Shown here in pieces: positions 1-10,446 of a stretch of 64,000 nucleotides of DNA; position 1 is the stretch's first letter, and each line of letters begins with the position of its first letter. The notes under the pieces were generated by a model. The model was given only the letters and a program-made list of their open reading frames with translations. It made no database searches and was not told the DNA's origin. Position numbers and translations under genes: made by a program. The stretch is taken from positions 1,699 through 65,698 of the forward strand of contig CAVVHD010000005.1 of the NCBI GenBank assembly GCA_963747995.1, written 5' to 3'. Source of the stretch: an uncultured Gammaproteobacteria bacterium. Its GTDB lineage: Bacteria > Pseudomonadota > Gammaproteobacteria > Pseudomonadales > Halieaceae.

Positions 1-102
1 ACATTTCCCTTCAAGCCCACATGCCTGTCGAGAAAGCCGGCGGCCGCTTGGATTTCCTAACCTGCTACGTCAGGCCAGTGCGGGCTGCAGAGGTTGTACC
101 GG

Positions 103-1428
103 TCAGAATGCGTGACGCATCCGCACGTAGAACAGCTCGACCTGGTTTTCGGTCGGATTGTTGCCTGGGTCGAAGACGAACTGAAAGCCGACGCTCAACT
201 GCGTAAAGCGCGCCACCTGGAACCGCTGGAATGCCTCGATGACTTTCTCATCTTGGGACGTGTCCAAGCGCGGTTCAGCGAATGACGCTGTCAGTCCGGT
301 CATGTTACTCGGACTGCCGAACAGGCCGCTGTAACCGAGGCCCGCCTGCGCGAGGTTGCGAACGTTTGTCGTCTCGCCGTCTGCGTACGAATAACGGCCC
401 CAGACCTGGAACCGATCGCTCAACTGCTGGCCGGCAACGAGCGTTGCGCCATCGTCCGAGGGGCTGTCAAAGCCGTTCTCCCTGCGCTCATCAATGCGCC
501 ACACCATTATCGAGTAGCGACCTCGCCCCAAGCCCTCGACCTGCGGCGTCCAGCCCATCTCGCCGTTGTAGAAGAAATCGCCATCGTTGATCGTGTCGAA
601 CTCTGAATCCGTCGTATCGCCGTAGGCGTTGGCCATTCCACCCGTCACATAGAACTGCTCACCAGGGCGATACGAAACCCCGATAGTCGGTCCATGGCCA
701 GGGGACGGTACACTCGGGTTGCCGGAAACGTGGCGATTGACGAACAACGTATTGACGTTTTGCATAGGCTGCTGGCCAACGAAATCGCTCGTGTCGGCGC
801 GCCCGATGAGTACCCGCAGTTTGCCATCGTTGAACCGCTGCAGCCAGTACGCATCACGCGCGACCCACTCACGATCATTGAAGGCGTTGGTCGTATTGAT
901 CAATGTGCCGAGCTGCGGGCCAACTGCGGAAGCTGGGTCACTTCCGATCTCTGAGCGATACTCTCCGGTGACGACCAGCACACCGGTGTCCGGAGTACCG
1001 CGCCCCACTGCTGTCCAAGAGGACATGAAGTCGACATCATAAGCGGCCCCGTTCGGATCGTCAGCGCCATTCGCCCAAAGGCCTAGCCCCGTGGCCGCGA
1101 AACCCAGTCGCAAGCCAGTATCCCGATAGAGTGAGTCCAACTCTTCGCGCGCTCTGCTCGACGGACTAGAGTAAGCGGGGTAATCAAAAATTGCCGTCTC
1201 TGGCTCCTGGAGTCGCTTCAGTTCGTCTATGCCGCTCTCGCTGCCTTCGCCCGCAGAAAACTCGTCATTCAGGTAGGGGTGCGACTCAGAATAAATCTTG
1301 AACTCGGACTTCGGCGATGCAGCTTCAGCAGGCGACTCAGCCGCCGCCGGACTCCCGTAGCCGAAGAAAATCGTGGCACAGAACGGTGCGATCGATAAGC
1401 TGCGATTGAATTTGCTCCGATTGGACAT
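103..1428 (-). CDS. Outer-membrane beta-barrel porin, OprB (carbohydrate-selective porin)-like
   Basis: Intact 441-aa ORF. Signal-like N-terminus (SIAPFCATIFFGYGSPAAA), then G/Y/D/N-rich alternating strands. C-terminus ...FYVRMRHAF ends in Phe, as in OM barrels. Resemblance to OprB-type porins is from memory. Confidence 0.6.
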   Translation of the reverse strand: MSNRSKFNRSLSIAPFCATIFFGYGSPAAAESPAEAASPKSEFKIYSESHPYLNDEFSAGEGSESGIDELKRLQEPETAIFDYPAYSSPSSRAREELDSLYRDTGLRLGFAATGLGLWANGADDPNGAAYDVDFMSSWTAVGRGTPDTGVLVVTGEYRSEIGSDPASAVGPQLGTLINTTNAFNDREWVARDAYWLQRFNDGKLRVLIGRADTSDFVGQQPMQNVNTLFVNRHVSGNPSVPSPGHGPTIGVSYRPGEQFYVTGGMANAYGDTTDSEFDTINDGDFFYNGEMGWTPQVEGLGRGRYSIMVWRIDERRENGFDSPSDDGATLVAGQQLSDRFQVWGRYSYADGETTNVRNLAQAGLGYSGLFGSPSNMTGLTASFAEPRLDTSQDEKVIEAFQRFQVARFTQLSVGFQFVFDPGNNPTENQVELFYVRMRHAF

Positions 1429-1561
1429 AGCCCTTGCCCCTCATTGAAATCGTGTGGTTTGGGGGTCCGCTTTACTGCTGCTCTACACGCACGAAATCCA
1501 ATCCTGAGTAAACCGTGGTGCGCTAGATTCACGCACCGCGGCTTGATTTATGAGGCCTACG

Positions 1562-3187
1562 TCAGGCCGGTTTGTCCTGCGGCTGCGGTCCGGGCGGCAC
1601 CTCACCCGGGCGAAATGCGGGCAGCATGCGTACCGGGACGATCATCAGCAGCGCCATCAAGCTCAACAGCAGGAAGGTGAGTTTCAGCGCCCGCAACCGC
1701 GCGTCGGCGTTGACCTGCACCGCTGCCTTGACCTGCTCTGGCGTAGCCGTGGTGCCGGCCATCGTGGCCTCCAGCCGGTCGTTGCTGACGAACGTCGCGT
1801 TGTTCAGATCCACCTGGGCCACCACGCTCGGTGGGAGCTCCGGGTGGTCAACGATCGCCTGATTGATGTTCGCCGACAGGATGCCCACGACCAGGGCGCC
1901 TGCAATGGCGGTACCTACCCCCGCGGAAAGGTTGTTGACCGTGCCACGCAGTGCCCCGACGTCTCCCGCGCGCTCCTTCGGCGAGGACGTAACCAGCACG
2001 TTGAACAGCAGCGTGACGAGCGCACCCTGCCCAATGCCGACCATGACCAGCCCGACCACCACCAGGATGTTTGCCCATTCGTTGAACATAACGAAGGCCA
2101 GGACGGCCATGCCGGCGGCGACCACCGTGAAGGCATAGCGCGCGATCTGGATGGGGGTAAGGGAGTCGTAGAGGCGCACCACCAGCATCGCGGCTGCGAA
2201 AACGGCAGCCTGGTAGGGGATCATCGCGACCGCGGTGTCGAAGCTCGATCGGCCCTGCACCATCTGGATATACAGCGGGCTCAGGAACGTCATTGCGTTG
2301 CCGAGCATGACGATCATCGCCATCGCTAAGGCGGCCCCACGCTCCTGCCGGGATTCCAGCACGTCCAGCGACAGCAGCGGGGTGAGCTTTGCGGACACAC
2401 GGCGCTGGGTCCAGGCCACGAACAGCTGGAGGCCGATGACGCCGAGGACTATCATCACGGGCGCCGGAGACAGGCCAAGAATGCTGAATGGTGCGTTCGG
2501 CCCGGACATCGTCAGACCCCACCGGTTCAGGTTGTTGAAGCCGAAGCTGATCAGGATGATGGCTGCGGCGGCCAGCACGACACCGACCATGTCGATCTTC
2601 GTTCCCGGCAGGGGTGGCACGGGCTTGAGCTTGCCAGACAACAGCAGCGTGACGCCGGTAAACGGTATGCAAAGGGCGAAGGCGTAGCGCCAGCTTAACA
2701 GGTCGCCGATCACCCCGGCCATGAAAAAGGCGGTCACAGTCGCCGCCGCCTGCACTGACCCTAGCATCCCCAGGCAAGTGGCCTGTTGCTTGCCGCTATA
2801 GTTATTGGCGATCAGCACGACCAAGGTGGGAACGATGACCGCCGCGGCCAGGCCGGCCATCAACTGCGCAAGGATCAGGACAGTCGCGTTGGGGCTGAAG
2901 GTCACCAGGGTCACGGCGATCATCAGCATCAGGGTCGCGGCACGAAACACCCGCAATGACCCGAACGCCTGCCCGAGCTTGGCGCCCAACATGATGAATC
3001 CCGCGACACCCAGCGAATAGGCCACGATTGCGGTACCGACCGTTGTCGGCGCGACATTGAACTCGGCCACGATGCCGCCGATCGAAACCGGCAGGGCATT
3101 GATGTTGAGCGACATCTGGATCTGGCCCATCGCGATGATGACCATCGGGAGCCAGGATTGCTTCACGTCGTCGGTGCTTGCGTTCAT
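1562..3187 (-). CDS. MFS transporter, DHA2/EmrB-like (about 14 TM segments)
   Basis: Intact 541-aa, highly hydrophobic ORF with many helix-length segments. Size and N-terminal pattern (MVIIAMGQIQMSLNINALPVSIGGI...GAKLGQAFG) are typical of 14-TMS drug:H+ antiporter MFS proteins. Confidence 0.85.
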   Translation of the reverse strand: MNASTDDVKQSWLPMVIIAMGQIQMSLNINALPVSIGGIVAEFNVAPTTVGTAIVAYSLGVAGFIMLGAKLGQAFGSLRVFRAATLMLMIAVTLVTFSPNATVLILAQLMAGLAAAVIVPTLVVLIANNYSGKQQATCLGMLGSVQAAATVTAFFMAGVIGDLLSWRYAFALCIPFTGVTLLLSGKLKPVPPLPGTKIDMVGVVLAAAAIILISFGFNNLNRWGLTMSGPNAPFSILGLSPAPVMIVLGVIGLQLFVAWTQRRVSAKLTPLLSLDVLESRQERGAALAMAMIVMLGNAMTFLSPLYIQMVQGRSSFDTAVAMIPYQAAVFAAAMLVVRLYDSLTPIQIARYAFTVVAAGMAVLAFVMFNEWANILVVVGLVMVGIGQGALVTLLFNVLVTSSPKERAGDVGALRGTVNNLSAGVGTAIAGALVVGILSANINQAIVDHPELPPSVVAQVDLNNATFVSNDRLEATMAGTTATPEQVKAAVQVNADARLRALKLTFLLLSLMALLMIVPVRMLPAFRPGEVPPGPQPQDKPA

Positions 3188-3212
3188 ATTCGTTTCCTAT
3201 GTTATTGAGGTG

Positions 3213-4229
3213 TTATGCGGTGGATTCGGGCCGCGACGCGAACAGGTTGAGGCCAAGCCGTTCGGACAGGAACTTCGAGACCAGCTGTCCCTTGATGCTG
3301 TTCCCGGCTTCATCCAGGCGCGGGGCGAAGACGCCGACGGCGCCCTTGCCGGGGGCGATGGTCACGATTCCGCCGCTCACGCCGCTCTTGCCGGGCAGGC
3401 CAATCTCGAACAGCCAGTCGCCGGATTGCTCGTACAGCCCCGCCGTTGCCAGTGCCGCCAGCACGCGCCGACAGTTTGGCGCGTCGATTACCCGTTCGCG
3501 GGTGATCGGGTTCACGCCCCCGTCGGCCAGCGTGGCGCCCATGACTGCCAGGTCCTTCGCCGTGACGTTCAGGGAACACTGGCGGGTGTAGATGTCGGTC
3601 GCCTCCAGCGCGTCCCAATACATGCGGCCATAGCCTTCCAGCAGCTTGGCGATGCCGCGATTGCGAAGATTGGTGGCGGCTTCGGACTCGTAGACTTCCT
3701 CGTCGACTTCGAGCTGCCGACCGGCGAAGCGTGACAGGCCTTCCTGGATGAAGCGGAATTTTTCCTCCGCCGTGTCGCCCGGCACGCAACTTGCCGTCGC
3801 GATCGCGCCCGCATTGACCATGGGATTCATGGTCCGGTCGGCGTTGAGCTCGACCGCCATGACGGAGTTAAACGGCAGGCCGGTCGCATTGACCCCGATC
3901 CTGTCGCGCGCCGTTTCTGCTCCGATCTCTTGGCAAACCAGGGCGAAGACAAATGGCTTCGAGATGCTCTGGATCGAGAACATGTGGTCGAAGTCGCCGA
4001 TCCCGACCTCCAGGCCGCCCACGCCGACCACGGAAATTCCAAACAGGTCCGGCGATACCCGGGCCAGAGCGGGAATGTAATCGGCCACCACGCCGGTGCG
4101 ATCGTCCGAGAACGTCGCATGCGCCTCCTCAAGAGTCTCCCTGACCAGCTTCCGGTCAGGCAAGACTCCGGTCGATACGCGAATCGTGATCGAGTCGCCC
4201 TTGTCCTCGATATGCAGTTTGGGGTGCAC
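3213..4229 (-). CDS. glsA: Glutaminase A
   Basis: 338-aa ORF with glutaminase hallmarks: FSIQSISKPFVF (Ser-x-x-Lys), NPMVNAGAI and LPGKSGVSGGI. GTG start at 4229 is preceded by GGAGAA. Confidence 0.92.
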   Translation of the reverse strand: MHPKLHIEDKGDSITIRVSTGVLPDRKLVRETLEEAHATFSDDRTGVVADYIPALARVSPDLFGISVVGVGGLEVGIGDFDHMFSIQSISKPFVFALVCQEIGAETARDRIGVNATGLPFNSVMAVELNADRTMNPMVNAGAIATASCVPGDTAEEKFRFIQEGLSRFAGRQLEVDEEVYESEAATNLRNRGIAKLLEGYGRMYWDALEATDIYTRQCSLNVTAKDLAVMGATLADGGVNPITRERVIDAPNCRRVLAALATAGLYEQSGDWLFEIGLPGKSGVSGGIVTIAPGKGAVGVFAPRLDEAGNSIKGQLVSKFLSERLGLNLFASRPESTA

Positions 4230-4425
4230 CGCTGCGGTTCTCCGATGGTTCCTACTAGCTAGGACCTATGAAATGCCATTGTGGAAAAAAGGTTCGCTGC
4301 AATGCACAGTGCCGGTTTCATTTTCGATCTCCTGTTATAGTTCTTGTAGTTTATGTAGTGCATGGGATAACTGTGTCTTGCATCATCCAGATGCCATCAC
4401 AGAACAACCTGCGGCATGACAACAG

Positions 4426-5787
4426 CTAGAAGTCCTTGCGGATGGTGATCCAGATTTCGGTCGAGCTGTAGTTATTGGCGAGGATGTTACTGTCGTCGCG
4501 AATGTAGAGAATCTCGGGGTTGAGTGACCAGGATTTGGCGAACTCCCAGGTCAAACCGCCACCGGCCTCGTACAGATCATCCTCCCGATCACTGACGCCC
4601 AGGATATTGTCGGCGGCGTCCACGTTCAGTTGCTCGATATTGTAGCGGTCGTGCTGCCACCAGCCAAAAATAAAACCGCCGAGCGTGTCAGTGAGCGTGA
4701 AGTTGAGTGATGGCGACAGGCCGATGAAGTTGGAATCGCCGTCCGGCCGGTCGTCCGTCGCAAACTCGCGCCCGCCATGGGCGACCAGGTTAAAGCTCGC
4801 CGTCCCGTCCAGCAGCGCGTGCGTCCAGCCTGCGGTCAGCTCCGCGATATTGCGGCTGCGTTCACGCAGTCGCCCGCTGGGGTAGTCGCGGCGCCTGAAC
4901 TCGGCGCCGACATTGAACTGGTCGATGGAGCTGAACCCGTAGCGCCAGTCGCTGTAAATACCGTAGTCATTGCGGTAATCGCCGTTGCCGCGATAACTGT
5001 TACGGCCGCGCAGGCCGACCGCCAGGTTGTTGTCACCCATGCTGCGGTTGACGGCGCCGTTCCAGCGCAGGTCCTTGTCGTCCCGGCGATCATCGTTGTC
5101 GTAGTAATCCCGGAAGCGATAATCGAGGCTGCCATTGAGCGCGTAGTTGTCAGTGAGCCGGTAGTTCAATCCGCCGCCACCGCGCAGGGCGAGGAAGTTG
5201 TCGTCGGTATCGCTGCCGCCGAACTCATCGGTGCCATCTGTGGCGTTGACGCTATAGTTACCAAATCCGGCAATCGCATAGCCGTTGAGGGCAAGACGCT
5301 TGCCCGCGGCGTAGTCCTGCGCAGCGCGCGCGTAAATCTCCACCTGCTGGTGCAGGTCAGCCGGCAGGTCATCGATGCGCAGCACCGTCTCGAACTGGTA
5401 TTTGGCGCTCGCATAGTTGCCCACGGCAAGGTAGGCGCGGGCCAGGCCCAGGTGGGCGTCAATCGAGTCCGGGGAGGCGGCCAGGCTGCGCGTGAAGTAC
5501 GTCACCGCCAGGTCGGCGCGGTTGGTGCGCAGCGCGGACTCGCCGAGCAGCGCATTGAAGGCGGCGTCATCCATGTTCTGGGCTTCGAAGGGTGCCAGCA
5601 GGTCGTAGGCTTCCTGGTAGTTGCCGTCCTGCACCAGTTGCCCGGCGCGGGCCAGATCGGCCCCGGCAGCGCAGCACCGACTGGCGCAGGCCAGGCTGAT
5701 GGCGACGACGAGCGCAGGCATGACCCCGGCGCGGCGTCGCTGCATGTCAGCGCCAGATCCAGAACGGTTGGTCATAGCTGGTTCCAT
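4426..5787 (-). CDS. TPR-repeat plus predicted beta-barrel outer-membrane protein (Slam/DUF560-like architecture)
   Basis: 453-aa ORF. Signal-like N-terminus (VMPALVVAISLACASRCCAAG) and TPR-like helices (NYQEAYDLL, LGLARAYLAVGNYASAKYQFE). These are followed by about 300 aa of D/N/R/Y-rich amphipathic strands ending ...IWITIRKDF. The more likely start is Met at 5745. Confidence 0.55.
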   Translation of the reverse strand: MEPAMTNRSGSGADMQRRRAGVMPALVVAISLACASRCCAAGADLARAGQLVQDGNYQEAYDLLAPFEAQNMDDAAFNALLGESALRTNRADLAVTYFTRSLAASPDSIDAHLGLARAYLAVGNYASAKYQFETVLRIDDLPADLHQQVEIYARAAQDYAAGKRLALNGYAIAGFGNYSVNATDGTDEFGGSDTDDNFLALRGGGGLNYRLTDNYALNGSLDYRFRDYYDNDDRRDDKDLRWNGAVNRSMGDNNLAVGLRGRNSYRGNGDYRNDYGIYSDWRYGFSSIDQFNVGAEFRRRDYPSGRLRERSRNIAELTAGWTHALLDGTASFNLVAHGGREFATDDRPDGDSNFIGLSPSLNFTLTDTLGGFIFGWWQHDRYNIEQLNVDAADNILGVSDREDDLYEAGGGLTWEFAKSWSLNPEILYIRDDSNILANNYSSTEIWITIRKDF

Positions 5788-6081
5788 AGACTGACTCCGA
5801 TAGTTGCATGCGATGGCTCGTGCGATCCAGTTCGGGAAACGGCGCGAATCACCGCTGTATGTACCTCAATCGGGTTCGAATGCGGTTGCCAGTGTCACAG
5901 GAATTGTATATCTTCGGGGCGTTCAGCACCATAGCAATAGATGTGCTACTGTTTGCCTGAATGAGAAGTAAATTCCGTTATGCGAAATGCAGATATGTGG
6001 TCTAGTCGATAGCCATGAATTTTCCTGACGTTCAATTGCGGCACGACGGCTTGTCTTGTGCCCGCACTCCAAGGAGCACAG

Positions 6082-7507
6082 ATGGCTACTACCGAACAAA
6101 AAATGTCGCGCATGGGGCTGACCGCCATGGTGGTCGGCGGTATGGTCGGCGCGGGTATCTTCTCATTGCCACGCACCTTCGCCGGCGCCACCGGACCGCT
6201 GGGCGCGGTCATCGCCTGGATTATCGCCGGCACCGGCATGTACATGCTGGCGCGGGTATTCCAGGCGCTGGCCGAGCGCCGCCCTGATATCGATGCGGGC
6301 GTGTATGCCTATGCCCGCGAAGGCTTTGGCGATTACCCCGGCTTCCTGTCGGCCTTCGGCTACTGGATCGGCAGTTGCATCGGCAACGTGTCGTACTGGG
6401 TGCTGATCAAGTCCACGCTGGGCGCATTTTTCCCGGTGTTCGGTGACGGCAACACGGTGGTAGCGATCGCAGTGGCCTCGCTCGGCATCTGGATGTTCCA
6501 CTTCCTGATCCTGCGCGGTGTGCAGCAGGCGGCCTTCATCAACAGCATTGTCACGGTGGCCAAGGTCATCCCGATCATGGTGTTCATCGTGATCTGTTTC
6601 GTCGCCTTCAAGATGGACCTGTTCCGCTTCAACTTCTACGGCGGCGACCTGACCAACGGCCTGTTTGAGCAGGTCAAGTCGACCATGCTGGTGACGGTAT
6701 TCGTGTTTATCGGTATCGAGGGCGCCAGCGTGTATTCGCGTTTCGCGAAGGAGCGCGCCGACGTCGGCAAGGCCACGATCCTCGGCTTCATCATCGTCAC
6801 CACGCTGATGGTACTGGTGACCCTGCTGCCCTACGCTGTCATGGAGCGCGCCGACATTGCCGGTACACGCCAGCCGTCCATGGCCGCCGTGCTTGAGTCC
6901 GTGGTCGGCCCGTGGGGTGCGATCTTTGTCAGTGTGGGCTTGCTGGTATCGGTGCTGGGTGCCTACCTGGCCTGGGCGCTGATCTGCGCCGAGGTGATGT
7001 TCGCGGCCGGCCGGTCGAAGGACATGCCCAAGGCCTTCGCCAAAGTGAACAAGAACGAGGTGCCGGTGGTGGCCATGTGGTGTCACCAGTATTATTATTC
7101 AGCTGATCGTGATCTCGACCTACTGGTCGCGCGATGCCTTTTCGCTGATGCTCAACCTGACCAGTGCCACCACACTGATTCCCTACCTGTTTGTAGCCGC
7201 CTACGGTTTGATGATCGCCAGGCGCGGCGAAACCTATGAGGTGCGACCGGAGGAGCGCAAGCGCGATTTGATCCTGGCCACGTTCGCGGTGGCCTACACA
7301 TTATTCATGATTTATGCCGGCGGCTTGAAATTCATCCTGTTGTCGGCGGTGCTGTTTGCGCCGGGCACGGTGCTGTACTTCATCGCGCGGCGCGAGCAGG
7401 GCAAGCCGGTGTTTGACCGATCCTCGGACTGGGTCACCTTCGGCGTTATCGTCGCTGCGGGCATTTACGGCGTATACGGTCTGGCGACCGGCACCATTTC
7501 TATCTGA
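6082..7507 (+). pseudogene. arcD: Arginine/ornithine antiporter ArcD (APC family), reading frame broken by one frameshift (possibly an assembly indel)
   Basis: ORFs 6058..7239 and 7109..7507 together give a full-length APC antiporter (GLTAMVVGGMVGAGIFSLP... and ...LTSATTLIPYLFVAAYGL...). The frames join near 7078-7082 (...VPVVAMW / VTSIIIQLIVISTYWSRDAF). An AAGGAG RBS precedes ATG 6082. Confidence 0.85.
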
Positions 7508-7615
7508 TACTGAAGGAGCTCGATATGGCAAAGGCAAAAACGAAAGACAAGGTCAAAGTCATCGGCAAAGGCGAAAGCGCCTGCGACAGCCAAAAAGGCT
7601 GAGCCGACGTTTGGC

Positions 7616-8839
7616 GTGCATTCCGAAGTGGGGCAGTTGCGCAAGGTCATGGTCTGCGCGCCGGGCGCAGCGCACAGCCGCCTTACGCCGTCGAACTGCG
7701 ACCAGCTGCTGTTTGACGATGTGCTGTGGGTGGAGAACGCCAAGCGCGACCACTTCGACTTCGTGACCAAGATGCGCGACCGCGGTATCGAGGTGGTGGA
7801 AATGCACAACCTGCTGGCCGAGACCGTGGCCGTGCCGGCAGGCAAGAAGTGGATACTGGACCACCAGATCGTGCCCGACCAGGTGGGCCTGGGTTTTATT
7901 AGCGAGCTGCGCAGTTACCTTGAAGGGCTGGACAACCGCGTACTGGCTGAAACGTTGATCGGCGGGCTCTCGACCAACGACTTCCCGGAAAAAGCCGGTG
8001 GCAAGGCGCTGAAGATCGTCAAGGAAGCGGCAGGCGTCACCGAATACCTGCTGCCGCCGCTGCCGAACACGCTGTACACGCGCGACACCACCTGCTGGAT
8101 CTACGGCGGCGTGACACTCAACCCGCTGTACTGGCCGGCGCGGCATGAGGAGACCATCCTCACCACGGCGATCTACAAGTTCCATCCCGACTTCGCGGGC
8201 AAGGTCAACGTGTGGTGGGGCGACCCGACCCAGGACCACGGCCTGGCCACGCTGGAGGGCGGCGATGTCATGCCCATCGGCAAGGGCAATGTGCTCATCG
8301 GCATGAGCGAGCGCACCTCGCGCCAGGCCATCAGCCAGCTGGCCGCCACGCTGTTCAAGAAGGGCGCGGCCGAGCGTGTGATCGTGGCAGCGATGCCGAA
8401 GATCCGCGCGGCGATGCACCTGGATACAGTGTTCACCTTTGCCGATCGCGACTGCGTGCTGCTGGCGCCGGACTTCATGAACCAGACGCGTACCTTTTCC
8501 TATCGCCCGAGCAACCATCCCAGCGGCGTCGAACTGCACGCCGAGAACAAACCCTTCGTCGATGTGGTGGCGCAGGCGCTGGGCTTCAAGAAGCTGCGCG
8601 TGGTTGAAGCCGGTGGCAGTGACTACCAGCGCGAGCGCACGCAGTGGGACAGTGGCGCCAACCTGGTCTGCGCCTCGCCCGGCGTGGTCTATGCGTATGA
8701 CCGCAACACCTACACCAACACGCTGCTGCGCAAGGCCGGTATCGAGGTCATCACCATCGTCGGCGCCGAACTCGGCCGCGGCCGTGGCGGCGGCCACTGC
8801 ATGACCTGCCCGATCATCCGCGACGCGGTGGATTTCTGA
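7616..8839 (+). CDS. arcA: Arginine deiminase
   Basis: 407-aa ORF collinear with Pseudomonas ArcA as I recall it. Motifs include [40 protein letters not shown] and [17 protein letters not shown] with the catalytic Cys. The 5' end is uncertain (see finding at 7511-7620). Confidence 0.95.
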   Translation: MHSEVGQLRKVMVCAPGAAHSRLTPSNCDQLLFDDVLWVENAKRDHFDFVTKMRDRGIEVVEMHNLLAETVAVPAGKKWILDHQIVPDQVGLGFISELRSYLEGLDNRVLAETLIGGLSTNDFPEKAGGKALKIVKEAAGVTEYLLPPLPNTLYTRDTTCWIYGGVTLNPLYWPARHEETILTTAIYKFHPDFAGKVNVWWGDPTQDHGLATLEGGDVMPIGKGNVLIGMSERTSRQAISQLAATLFKKGAAERVIVAAMPKIRAAMHLDTVFTFADRDCVLLAPDFMNQTRTFSYRPSNHPSGVELHAENKPFVDVVAQALGFKKLRVVEAGGSDYQRERTQWDSGANLVCASPGVVYAYDRNTYTNTLLRKAGIEVITIVGAELGRGRGGGHCMTCPIIRDAVDF

Positions 8840-8884
8840 TCACGGATAGTTGATGTAATCGTACCGAGTAGCCCAAGGGGAAGC

Positions 8885-10446
8885 ATGGCCGAGTTAACAA
8901 CCGACGCACCGTCGCAACCGGCAAAGGGTCGGTTCGGCTTCCCCAGTGCGGTGACGACACTGGCCATCGTTACGGTCCTGGTCTGGATAGCCGCGCTGTT
9001 TGTACCCGCCGGCCATTACGCCACCGATGCTGACGGATCGCCGATCCCCGGCACCTACCAGCGAATCGAGTCACCGCTCAACAACGTCGAGCGGCTGGAG
9101 CAGCTCGTCCTCGCGCCTGTTAACGGTATCTATGGGCTGTTGAGCCCGGTGCGCGGCACTGTCGACACGCGCACGGTCGGGCGCCTGTTCGGCCAGATCG
9201 GCGTTATCGTCTTCATCATGTCGATAGGCGCATTCATTTCCATCAGCTTTGCGACGCGCAGCCTGGAGGTTGCCGTTGCCGCGCTGGCGCATCGGCTGCG
9301 CAGCCGGGGCTGGGTGCTGATTGCCGCCATCATGGTGCTGTTCTCATTGCTCGGCTCCACCATGGGCTTCTCGGTGGAGACGTTCGGCTTCTACGCACTG
9401 TTTATTCCGCTGATGGCCGCGCTGGGCTACGATCGCCTGGTCACGGCCGCGATGATTATTCTCGGTTCCATCACCGGGGTGATGGCGGCCACGGTGAATC
9501 CGTTTTCCATCGGAGTCGCCTCTGGCGAGGCCGGCGTGGGTATCGGTGATGGTATTGTGCTGCGCCTGGGCTTGTGGGTGGTGCTGACGGCCATGGCGGT
9601 GGGGTGGGTACTGCGCTATGCGGCTAAAGTGCGCGCCAATCCGGCCGCTTCGCTGGTGGGCTTTGATGAGGCGGCGGCGGACGATAGTGCAGCTGCCGAT
9701 GAAACCCTCAGCGGCACGCAGAAATGGGTGCTCGCTGATCACCGTGCTGGCATTCGGTCTGATGATTTTTTCCGTGATCCCGTGGTCCAGCATTTTTACC
9801 AGCAGCACCGGGCCGGCGGATGATTACGTCACCCATACTGTGGCTGCAGTCAGAGCCTTTCTGGTTCGAGCTGAACTGGTGGTTTCCGCAACTGGCGATG
9901 CTGTTTATCATCGCATCGGTGCTCGTCGGCCTGGTGGCGCGGATGAATGAGAAGGAGATCGTGCGCCTCATCGCCGCCGGTGCCTCGGACATGATGAGCC
10001 CCGCCATGGTCATGCTGCTGGCCGGCGGCGTTTCGGCGATCATGACCAACACCCAGACCCTCGATACCATCCTCCACGCAATGGAACAGCTCATCACCGG
10101 CGCCTCGGCGGCCAGCTTTGCCATAGCGGCCATGCTGGTGAATATCCCGCTGGCCTTCCTGATACCGTCCAGTTCCGGCCATGCCGCGCTCGCCATGCCG
10201 CTGCTGGCCCCGCTGGCGGATTTTGCCAGCGTGAGTCGGCCCCTGACCATCACCGCCTGGATACTGGGCCACGGCCTGGCGCTGCTGGTGTCTCCGACCA
10301 GTGTCGTGCTCGTGGGCGGCCTGGCAATCGCCAAGGTCGGCTACGACAAGTACCTGCGCTTTGTATGGCCGCTGCTTGTTGGGCTTTTTCTGGTGGCCAG
10401 TGTCGCCCTCGCCATTGCGGCCACTATGGCGGGTGCCGGTGCGTGA
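8885..10446 (+). pseudogene. YfcC-family (DcuC-like) membrane carrier, the alternative 'ArcD-type' basic amino acid antiporter family; two frameshifts
   Basis: ORFs 8885..9823, 9618..9950 and 9820..10446 are three consecutive frames of one polytopic protein. Junctions lie near 9725-9735 (...SGTQKWVL / LITVLAFGLMIFSVIPW) and 9840-9855 (...THTVAAV / EPFWFELNWWFPQLAMLF). Confidence 0.8.

Noticed and set aside
1550-2777. Long ORFs antisense to or overlapping the MFS gene (1550..2329 plus strand, 1848..2777 minus strand)
   Set aside because: Arg/Gly/His/Pro-rich, low-complexity translations typical of off-frame reading of high-G+C coding DNA. The MFS frame explains the region.
5860-5895. GGTTCGAAT sequence resembling a tRNA T-loop
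   Set aside because: The flanking bases cannot form the 5-bp T-stem (G53 would face G61), and no acceptor or anticodon arms can be drawn. I could support no tRNA in the window.
7559-8797. 412-aa ORF antisense to arcA, and similar antisense ORFs at 4777..5934, 6163..7086, 10756..11448, 13102..14115, 26664..27404, 47388..48155 and 50454..51230
   Set aside because: All are mirror-frame shadows of confidently identified genes. They have no recognisable motifs, and their R/A/G/H-rich composition is characteristic of antisense GC-rich frames.
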